Positions 56,773 through 64,000 of a stretch of 64,000 nucleotides of DNA are shown piece by piece. A program made the translations under genes and the position numbers. Under the pieces are notes generated by a model. It did no database searches and was not told the DNA's origin. It saw only the letters and a list, made by a program, of their open reading frames with translations. How positions within the stretch are numbered: the stretch's first letter is position 1; the number at the start of each line of letters is the position of its first letter. The stretch is from a virus, in the IMG/VR virus record IMGVR_UViG_3300037493_007233, positions 1 to 64,000 of that record; one strand, written 5' to 3'.

Positions 56773-57677
56773 TAAGCTACTTCTGTTGGGATAACGTATC
56801 CAGCATTATTTAAATACCTGATCAAATCCTGTCTTATTTCTTCTACTCTATCGCTATATTTAAAATTAGGAGAGGTTACTATATTCCAAACCTCTTCAAA
56901 GGTTTTAACGTTGTCTGGTTTTACTCCACCGCCAAACATGAGATCTAATAATTCCTGTGGATCCCTTGTTACAAAAACAGATTGACCTTTTACTGTATCA
57001 GGTCTTTTAAGTCTCTTAGTTGCCCCCTGGAATGTTTTCTTATTCTTGTAGATCCCATCATTTAGCCTTAGAGCATAGGTGTCGAAATCTACAATATCTC
57101 CATTCTCGTCTCTCTTGGTTACATTCTTTAGGGCAGACAATATAGCCTGGAAAAGCCAGTTCCTGTGTGCAGATTTATACTTAGATTCATTCTTTCTATA
57201 ATCCGGTGAATAGAATATGAATTTTGCCCAATCCATATTTGAGATCGGAATTAGATCCAGCTGAACTGTTCCGTTTTCTGTATCGCCTTCGATTGGCCAA
57301 GCTATGCTAAGAACGTTTATTCCCTTCATTAGCTTCATGTCTGGCTCATAGCCAAGTATTGCTGGAAGCTCAGACGAAAGCTTGTCGTATAGAAACTGAA
57401 GTGATTGATCTGCAGAAATACCAAATTTTTGGGCTAAGAATTCCTGAGCTATACCAAGATCAATATCACCAGAAGTATCCGAAGGACTTTTCTTTTTTCC
57501 TATGCTACCAATCAGAAGATAATCCTTATCAAATTCGCCGTCTCCAATCAAGGGGAATAGAACTTCCCTCATGTGTTGAATTGTCTTTTCAACCTCTGAC
57601 TCTTTTATTGGTCTAGATGATTTGATAGCAGCACCTCCCTCGAAGAGCTTAGAAAAAGAAGAAAAACTCTGGATCAT
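56772..57677 (-). CDS. Pol-beta-superfamily nucleotidyltransferase-like protein
   Basis: GSIGKK..SGDIDL..VQLDL, SKYKSAHRN. Confidence 0.7.
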   Translation of the reverse strand: MIQSFSSFSKLFEGGAAIKSSRPIKESEVEKTIQHMREVLFPLIGDGEFDKDYLLIGSIGKKKSPSDTSGDIDLGIAQEFLAQKFGISADQSLQFLYDKLSSELPAILGYEPDMKLMKGINVLSIAWPIEGDTENGTVQLDLIPISNMDWAKFIFYSPDYRKNESKYKSAHRNWLFQAILSALKNVTKRDENGDIVDFDTYALRLNDGIYKNKKTFQGATKRLKRPDTVKGQSVFVTRDPQELLDLMFGGGVKPDNVKTFEEVWNIVTSPNFKYSDRVEEIRQDLIRYLNNAGYVIPTEVA

Positions 57678-58198
57678 TTTAATTTGTAATATTTGCCAGC
57701 AGAATTTACATAATCAACATAGATCTCTTCTTCCTCAGTTTTGGGATTATTTATGTCAAAATCCTTACCAAAACTCTTCTTTCCGTTTTCTATTGATTTT
57801 TTATAAAAAACCTCGTGATCTTTTTCTTCGTTCCTACCGGTCTTCTTAATATCTTCTCCCCACTTTTGAAGAACCTCTTGCTTTTTACCTTTTAATGTTT
57901 TAGAATCGTATTTTTCTAAATCAGATCTTTTACCAAATAGATTAGCAACTCCTCTTCCAAGGCCTAGAAGTCCAGAGGCAGCCCCCGATACTAATCTTTG
58001 TAATGCCTGGCCAGGTCTTTCTGCCATGGCATCGAACCAATCCTTTCCTCCTTCGTAACCTGCTACCTCAGCTTCTGGGTTTTCAGCTTTAACTCTAGCC
58101 TGCATTTTGCCGAGCTTCCTCGCCACAATATTCTTATCCCCGGTTACTGAGTATTTTGATTCGTTTAAAAATCCTTGAAAATTTAAGATTTTGGTCAT
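57674..58198 (-). CDS. hypothetical protein with capsid-targeting-like N-terminus
   Basis: MTKILNFQGFLNES; GATATATA upstream. Confidence 0.7.
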   Translation of the reverse strand: MTKILNFQGFLNESKYSVTGDKNIVARKLGKMQARVKAENPEAEVAGYEGGKDWFDAMAERPGQALQRLVSGAASGLLGLGRGVANLFGKRSDLEKYDSKTLKGKKQEVLQKWGEDIKKTGRNEEKDHEVFYKKSIENGKKSFGKDFDINNPKTEEEEIYVDYVNSAGKYYKLK

Positions 58199-58235
58199 AT
58201 AGAACTTTTCTTTAGTCTATATATCCCTTTTTTTA

Positions 58236-59759
58236 TTAAAGCTTGACCTTAAAAATTTTGTACTGGAAATGTTCGTTTTTGTAAATCTGAATTCTAGCAT
58301 CTCCGTGCTTCATTAGGTAGTTAACATACTTGGATGAACTAAAATCGTCTACAAAGTCAATAATGTTAACTTTCTCTTTTCCCTCCATCTTACGCATTCC
58401 TCTACCAAGACTTTGCTTTATCAAAACCTCACTTTTGTATGATTCTACCAAAAAGATATTGTGAAGATTGTTAATAGAAATACCAGTCGCAAAAGTACCG
58501 AATGTTGCTACCAGGACTTTATTTTCTCCCGTAGCCATTCTAGTTTTATACTCTTCCCTCAGATTTTCATCTGTATCTCCATCTACATAGAAAGCCTCTT
58601 TATTATAAGTAACCTCCCTCAACCTATTCCAAATTTGCTTACCGTATTCATCCTTTACGGATTGGAACAAAACAAGAGAATTCTTAGAAGTCTTAGAAAT
58701 AAAATCTACAACGTAGTTTAATCTCTTCTCGCTTTCTATGACAAGCTTTCTTTCGATATTGTAAATCTCGTTTCCCTCTAGATTAGCACCGCTGTGCTTG
58801 AGATTTGCAAGCTTTTCTTTAATCGATTCGTCCAGCCAGTCCAAAATTACGACCTTGATAGAAACCGGGGTTGCGTGTTTATGTCTGAATAAAAAATCTG
58901 GTGAGATTTCTACAATAACAGGTCCTAAAAATTGCTGGATAGTCAAGTGATCTGCAGAACCTCTTTTTGTAAGTGTACCAGTAAGTCCAAATCTCCAGCC
59001 AGTGTGCATACACTTAGCCATGATTTTCTTAATGGACATAGAATTGGTATGGTGTGCTTCATCAACAAAGACTGCATCGATTTCTTCGAAAAAATCTTCT
59101 TCCTTTTTAACTAAAGATTGGAAAGTACCGATAATAATATCACATCCTTCCCTGAGTTTACTACCACCCCCGATTTGCTGGATCTTAATTCCAAGCTCAT
59201 CTATACCGTAATCAACAAAGTCATCATGGCCTTGAAAAACAAGGTTTGAGCTAGGAACGATCATGAGAAATTTTCTAATCCACCCTTTATGCTTAAGGAA
59301 AGCAAGGATCATAAAAGCAATCAGGGTTTTTCCAGAAGACGTGGCAATCTCCGAAACCGAGTATCGGTATTTTACTATCTTCCAGGCAGCTTCTACCTGG
59401 TAATCTCTTGGGGTTATGTCTTTGTCCGAAAAGAATTCATCAACCCACGATTGAAATTCCTCAAGAGTTAATCCTGCGAGAATAAGTTCGTCGAGTCCTT
59501 CTATTTCAATTTCTATATTAAACTCTTTGCCAATTTCAAAGACCTCTCTCCAGAGACCTATCGGAACCCTCCAAAATGGGCCTTTCTTTTCAATGAAACA
59601 AATATTGCCGTCCCATAGCTTCTTCTTTACTAAAGGATGGAAATAAAAATTGTGAATTTTCTTAGTAAGTGAAATCTCAATTTGCTTCTTCTCAACATCG
59701 TTCGGAAATTGGGTTAATACTAGCCACTGCTTGTCATCTGATATAATAAACTTCAGCAT
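58236..59759 (-). CDS. uvsW: UvsW-like SF2 helicase
   Basis: WDGNI, PRDYQ, ATSSGKT, DEAH, GLTGT, FATGISI.NL, QSLGRGMR. Confidence 0.9.
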   Translation of the reverse strand: MLKFIISDDKQWLVLTQFPNDVEKKQIEISLTKKIHNFYFHPLVKKKLWDGNICFIEKKGPFWRVPIGLWREVFEIGKEFNIEIEIEGLDELILAGLTLEEFQSWVDEFFSDKDITPRDYQVEAAWKIVKYRYSVSEIATSSGKTLIAFMILAFLKHKGWIRKFLMIVPSSNLVFQGHDDFVDYGIDELGIKIQQIGGGSKLREGCDIIIGTFQSLVKKEEDFFEEIDAVFVDEAHHTNSMSIKKIMAKCMHTGWRFGLTGTLTKRGSADHLTIQQFLGPVIVEISPDFLFRHKHATPVSIKVVILDWLDESIKEKLANLKHSGANLEGNEIYNIERKLVIESEKRLNYVVDFISKTSKNSLVLFQSVKDEYGKQIWNRLREVTYNKEAFYVDGDTDENLREEYKTRMATGENKVLVATFGTFATGISINNLHNIFLVESYKSEVLIKQSLGRGMRKMEGKEKVNIIDFVDDFSSSKYVNYLMKHGDARIQIYKNEHFQYKIFKVKL

Positions 59760-59768
59760 TAGATCTTT

Positions 59769-60206
59769 TTATTTTATCGTACTTCCCCTCAAATATTCTT
59801 CTAAAGCAATTCTTGATTTGATTCCGTAAAGCATGTGGTCCACAGTTTGAATCGTCTGGTCTAAAAACTTTCTGTGTCCCTCAACAAGTTCAATTTTCTG
59901 GGTTATCTCGGAAAGATCTGCCTCTATCATAGTTTTGGTCTCGTTAGCACCATATCTAACGTCTTTGCTTTCCTGATACTCTCTTAGCTTTCTAGCTCTT
60001 TCCTGTCTTTCTTTAGTTCCAAGCTTAGAAATAATACTAGCTAACTTGTAGCTATATTCAAGTAGTATTTGTCTTGTTGAAAAAAGCTCAATCTGTGCTT
60101 CTGCAACGGTTTTAATGCTTTTAAGGTTTAGTGAAATAACCTGGATTTTCTCCCTCCACTCTGCTCTTTCTGCTTCGAATAACTTCGCGTAATCTGTTTC
60201 TGCCAT
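59769..60206 (-). CDS. UvsY-like recombination mediator
   Basis: Helical 145 aa protein directly upstream of uvsW, as in T4 synteny. Confidence 0.55.
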   Translation of the reverse strand: MAETDYAKLFEAERAEWREKIQVISLNLKSIKTVAEAQIELFSTRQILLEYSYKLASIISKLGTKERQERARKLREYQESKDVRYGANETKTMIEADLSEITQKIELVEGHRKFLDQTIQTVDHMLYGIKSRIALEEYLRGSTIK

Positions 60207-60207
60207 A

Positions 60208-60444
60208 TTAAAATAGTTTTCCCTTGGAGGGTTTATTGTTCTTATTCTTACTTATATCTACTGTGGTAGTTCTTGTCGGTTTCAATTTTGGTGCGACGTA
60301 TGTAACAGATTCGCTAATCTCACCCAAATTTTCCAGAACAGAAACCTCGTGGATAGAAATAGGGAATTTTAGCTTCCCGTCATTCTCCTTCTCAAATGAG
60401 TTTTCCCAAGATTCTGTTTCGTCAACGTAGAACATATCAAACAT
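60208..60444 (-). CDS. hypothetical protein
   Basis: ORF coupled to primase; C-terminal KLF. Confidence 0.5.
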   Translation of the reverse strand: MFDMFYVDETESWENSFEKENDGKLKFPISIHEVSVLENLGEISESVTYVAPKLKPTRTTTVDISKNKNNKPSKGKLF

Positions 60445-61501
60445 CCATGAAATATGTTAGGTCTAAAACTTCGTGGGTAAAATAGTTTTCAAACCTTTTA
60501 ACCTTAATTTTCTTTGCTCTCAAATAGTTTACAAGATCGTTTAAATCCCACTTTTTATTTATCGGCAAAGCGTGATCATCTAGAAATCTTTTCCAATTAA
60601 AGACCATATGTCCTTTTGAAAGTAGTTCTGAAGTCTTTTCTTTACCTGCTTTATCCCAGTCGTACCAATATTGAACATTATCAAACTCAAAAGGGAATTT
60701 GTTTTCTATCGAGCAGAGTCCAACAGAATTACTCCAAAGCCAAGAATCCATTGGACCTTCAAAGATTGTTATCTTTTGATCAAAAGAGATAAATCCAATA
60801 TTGAACACATGAGATACTGGATCTATTTTAGTACACTCGTCTAGAAATTCTGGGTCTTTTACACCCAGCAATTTTTCCCATATTCCGCTGAGTTTATAGG
60901 TGTAGTATTTTGCGCCATGGAAAGTGGAAGACATGTTTCTTACCTGCAATCCAAGAATATCATCTTCTCTGGTTAAATTCAGGAGATAAAGCTTTTGACC
61001 TTTGTGATCCCAAGCAAATCTTTTATCTGGAAGTTGATTTCTCCTTAAAACGTAAGTTTCTATGCTAGAACCCTTAACATCCTCCAATCCCATCATTTCC
61101 ATAAATTTAGATCTGGGGATGACCACTTTTTTGAAATCTGCATCAAAGAACAAGGAAATATCGACGTCACCGTAAACGGTCCTTCTTTTATCCCTTCCCT
61201 CCTTAATTACTTCTAGTATTTCAGTTCTTTCTGATTGATTTAGTTCGGAATTAACCCCAAAATCACGGAATAAAGTATATCCGTCTTTAAACATACCACA
61301 ACCACCATTGTAGCATTTAAAACTTAATGTGTTGAGGTAAAAATTTCCTCTTTTCTTTTTTGAATTATTGCTATCTCCGCAATATGGGCAGGAAAAATTC
61401 ATTCGATTTCCTGCTAAATAAATCTTCTGCTTCGTAAAGTCAGAAGGAAAAGCTTTTTTTAAAACTCCACTTAATAAATCCTCAATTCTCTTAATTTCCA
61501 T
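60437..61501 (-). CDS. DNA primase (gp61-like)
   Basis: CPYCGDS..KKRG..KCYNGGC zinc finger; FEGPMDS, YDWD, DLND. Confidence 0.9.
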   Translation of the reverse strand: MEIKRIEDLLSGVLKKAFPSDFTKQKIYLAGNRMNFSCPYCGDSNNSKKKRGNFYLNTLSFKCYNGGCGMFKDGYTLFRDFGVNSELNQSERTEILEVIKEGRDKRRTVYGDVDISLFFDADFKKVVIPRSKFMEMMGLEDVKGSSIETYVLRRNQLPDKRFAWDHKGQKLYLLNLTREDDILGLQVRNMSSTFHGAKYYTYKLSGIWEKLLGVKDPEFLDECTKIDPVSHVFNIGFISFDQKITIFEGPMDSWLWSNSVGLCSIENKFPFEFDNVQYWYDWDKAGKEKTSELLSKGHMVFNWKRFLDDHALPINKKWDLNDLVNYLRAKKIKVKRFENYFTHEVLDLTYFMDV

Positions 61502-61518
61502 AATTTCCCTTAGATACT

Positions 61519-61552
61519 AAAAAAAGGAGGGATCCCAAGTAAGGATCCCTCC
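61519..61552 (-). terminator. intrinsic terminator
   Basis: GGAGGGATCC..GGATCCCTCC then U run. Confidence 0.8.
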
Positions 61553-61567
61553 ATAATTTGTTTTTTA

Positions 61568-62551
61568 TTAAAGATCTGCGTAAAGATCGTCTAATGAAGA
61601 CGCAGTTGTTGGAGCAGCAGGCCTGTTAATACCAGTATTTGCTGCCGGTGCTGGATCAGATCCTACCTTAGTCGAAGATGCTTCTTCGTACAAACTATTG
61701 CTTGATGACTGAGGTGCAGATACTGGTGCAGAATAAGACTGTGCGGGAGCAGAAGAAGATGTATTGACACCTGCCATGATCTCGTTAACCAATCTTCCGT
61801 CAGGAACAGTGTTACGGATAACTCCCATTACCTTTTCGGTTAAAGCATCATCCCAATCTTTATATTCGAATGATCCCAAATTCTTAGGTCCAGTCTTTAG
61901 ATATTCCATAATGGTGCCCATATCAGCCTGGTTCTTTTCCATTCTTCTTCCTTCGATTTCGATTGAACCTTTTTCTCCAACGAAAGAGCAAAGATCGTAG
62001 TTGTTCCACTCACCTACTTTTCTTGAGTGAATAGAAAATAGTTTACCTTCGAAAAGATCAAATGGATTGCATGGTGATCCATACTCAGGCTTAAGCTGTG
62101 CTTCCAACATATCGTTCAATTTCTTACCGAATTTGAAGATCATGACTTTTCCTTCAAGCTCAGGATTATTCTTGTCTTGTACGATTTGTACTAAAGCATA
62201 ATAATCTTCTTTTCTGCTGAAGCTTTTAGCAAGTTCTTGGTCAGCTGCAGAGTGTGAATTCTTAAGCTTCCAAAAGATATCCTTAAGTACAGATTTTTTA
62301 CCTACCGTTGAAGGACAATCTACTGAAAAACTGTCACCGCTTACGGGATCATTTAGGTAAACGTAATACTTGTGGATTTTTGATTTCGTTGGATCTACGT
62401 GATTAGGTACGAATCTAACCAAAGATTTGTAGACGCCATCCTTACCGCTTTCTGGGTAGGGCTTGTAAAATTCAAGATCGGTTGATCCTTCTTTTTTTGC
62501 TTTTGTTACAAAGCTTTCAACGTCTAGATTGAAGATGTCTAAATTACTCAT
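61568..62551 (-). CDS. single-stranded DNA-binding protein (gp32-like)
   Basis: VRFVP, CPST, GKVMIFKFGKKL, PFDLFEG, NYD..F, acidic tail LDDLYADL. Confidence 0.88.
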   Translation of the reverse strand: MSNLDIFNLDVESFVTKAKKEGSTDLEFYKPYPESGKDGVYKSLVRFVPNHVDPTKSKIHKYYVYLNDPVSGDSFSVDCPSTVGKKSVLKDIFWKLKNSHSAADQELAKSFSRKEDYYALVQIVQDKNNPELEGKVMIFKFGKKLNDMLEAQLKPEYGSPCNPFDLFEGKLFSIHSRKVGEWNNYDLCSFVGEKGSIEIEGRRMEKNQADMGTIMEYLKTGPKNLGSFEYKDWDDALTEKVMGVIRNTVPDGRLVNEIMAGVNTSSSAPAQSYSAPVSAPQSSSNSLYEEASSTKVGSDPAPAANTGINRPAAPTTASSLDDLYADL

Positions 62552-62631
62552 GTTTCCTTTAATTTATTTTTAAAATTCCTTTATTTAATTCCTAAGTTCA
62601 TCAAAAGTTTCCCCTAGGTTTTATATATCCT

Positions 62632-63417
62632 TCATATTTTTTTGAAGTTTTCCTGAACTATCTCGTGTTCCCAAACATTATTGGAACGCAACGAAATCCT
62701 TATATCTGGTCTTTCCACGCCAAACTCAGAATTAAAGAGGTGGTGTTTTAGTAAAGTTTCAGCATGGAAAAAAACACTATCATAAATTATATAGGATTCC
62801 AAAAAATCGAACATATTGCAATAGTGTACCATAGCATCTCTACCACCATAAGCAAAAATATCATTTACTCCTTTTTTCCAATCGTAACCAGGTGGGATAG
62901 AAATTACATTCGGATCTTCTTGGATAATTAATGGGTCGTGAATGTTTATGTCGAATCTTCCCTTAATTACCAGGTCGTATCTTTCTCCAACCAATTCTTC
63001 GTAATCCTGCATAAGCTTAGAGGCGGATTGGATTTTATACCACATACAAAAAATTGATACTGGATTTGTTTCTCCGGTCATCGGACCATAAACATCCAGA
63101 TTCCAAGCCCTATTCTTTATACTGTCAGCATAGGGTGAATTAAAATCCTCTGATTTAATAAATTTAGGTTTGAGGATTTCTATAATATCATCTATGGTTG
63201 CTGTGTCCTTTAATTTTTGAGTGTATGCGTTGATCGAATTAGAAAAATCAGCTCCTGGGTTCCAGCAGGATATAAAAATATCCGGATTGTATACATCTAT
63301 AATTTGTTCCTTCAGTGAGGGATAGCAATAAAGTATTTCTCTAAAATGCCCGGATAATAATAAAGCTGTTTTCATTTTACATAGTGTGAAATGTAATCGG
63401 AGCAAATTCCTAAACAA
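62632..63417 (-). CDS. putative glycosyltransferase-like protein
   Basis: ALLLSGHFR, DIFISCW, MWYK, YDLVIKGRFD, DIFAYG, HAETLL. Confidence 0.6.
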   Translation of the reverse strand: MFRNLLRLHFTLCKMKTALLLSGHFREILYCYPSLKEQIIDVYNPDIFISCWNPGADFSNSINAYTQKLKDTATIDDIIEILKPKFIKSEDFNSPYADSIKNRAWNLDVYGPMTGETNPVSIFCMWYKIQSASKLMQDYEELVGERYDLVIKGRFDINIHDPLIIQEDPNVISIPPGYDWKKGVNDIFAYGGRDAMVHYCNMFDFLESYIIYDSVFFHAETLLKHHLFNSEFGVERPDIRISLRSNNVWEHEIVQENFKKI

Positions 63418-63806
63418 GAAGAAACCTCTTCACCATATAACTCAGGTAGCACAGCAATTGAATTGGCGATAGGCTGGTGACCCGGATAAATCCATAAATA
63501 CCCATTGCTTGTGATTGTAGCATGATCCTCCTGGTGCCAAAAATAATGAAGACCTGTTTCATACAAATTAGAAAGTGCGTCCAAATTCTTTGCGTGAATC
63601 CACAAAGAATTTTTTCTTTCCTCTAGCCACTCTAAAGAAATCTCATGCTGTCCACCGTCGTGTCCTAAAACCCATTTGTTTTTTATAAACCAAATGTCAA
63701 TCTCAACATTGAATCCCTCGGATATTGCCTCATTAATATAATCTGGGTGATTTTCCCTGTAAGGCTGTCTGCCGTTTAAATTTCCTCTATGAGATATTAA
63801 AATCAT
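63372..63806 (-). CDS. small glycerophosphodiester phosphodiesterase (PLC-like) protein
   Basis: ISHRGN, EN, VEIDIW, LGHD, WIHAKN, GICSD. Confidence 0.75.
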   Translation of the reverse strand: MILISHRGNLNGRQPYRENHPDYINEAISEGFNVEIDIWFIKNKWVLGHDGGQHEISLEWLEERKNSLWIHAKNLDALSNLYETGLHYFWHQEDHATITSNGYLWIYPGHQPIANSIAVLPELYGEEVSSCLGICSDYISHYVK

Positions 63807-63809
63807 GCT

Positions 63810-64000
63810 CTAAAAAATCCTATAAGCTAAATCATCAGGCAAGCTTTTTCTTCCCCATTTCTCAATCGCAGCCTTGTATTCTGGTTGTTCAAATTCTCTA
63901 TCGATGGCCTGTCGCATTGCCAACCCACCAGCTCTTGTTCCTTCTGGATGCCCGTGCAATGCACCTCCAACGTTAGCCATCCAATCAACACTATTTAAAT
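63810..64000 (-). CDS. RuBisCO-like protein, C-terminal fragment (runs off window)
   Basis: Own translation: ..DWMANVGGALHGHPEGTRAGGLAMRQAID..AAIEKWG.., the RuBisCO C-terminal GG..GHP.G..AG..A.RQA signature. Confidence 0.8.
   Translation of the reverse strand, partial: LNSVDWMANVGGALHGHPEGTRAGGLAMRQAIDREFEQPEYKAAIEKWGRKSLPDDLAYRIF

Noticed and set aside
1142-62000. Most short plus-strand ORFs in the track
   Set aside because: Antisense shadows of recognisable minus-strand genes or tRNAs; only 25696, 49155 and 49487 are accepted.
63810-64000. Carbon-fixing RuBisCO
   Set aside because: Only the C-terminus is visible; it is shortened and divergent, and the context is glycan-related.

Overview
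Segment of a large, T4-related (jumbo) dsDNA phage genome. It is AT-rich, almost entirely minus-strand coded and uses the standard genetic code. The host is probably Bacteroidota, judged from TAnnTTTG promoters, a GE-starting tmRNA tag and an Hc1-type gene. 1-6.2 kb is an RNA array with 17 canonical tRNAs, a tmRNA, two GIY-YIG homing endonucleases and many non-tRNA structured RNAs. Upstream of it is what looks like a leader-peptide attenuator whose 28 codons sample 18 amino acids. 6.3-13.7 kb and 22.4-24.6 kb hold three NodU/CmcH carbamoyltransferases, each followed by a degenerate Aah/TibC-like gene. 13.8-22.2 kb is an RNA-repair cluster (DUF2828 TROVE/vWA Ro60-like protein, Rnl1, Dda, AEP-like, CCA enzyme, Rnl5, P-loop kinase, ClpP). 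A four-copy covarying RNA motif links the Ro-like gene to the tRNA array and is a candidate Y-RNA-like family. The rest is T4-like replication and metabolism: a DNA polymerase B split into two genes 18 kb apart, clamp, topoisomerase II, NrdAB, UvsW/UvsY, primase and gp32. There are also chaperones, DNA repair genes, many proteins with a capsid-targeting-like N-terminal motif, and the C-terminus of a RuBisCO-like protein at the right edge. All calls come from motif recognition by eye; no searches were run.
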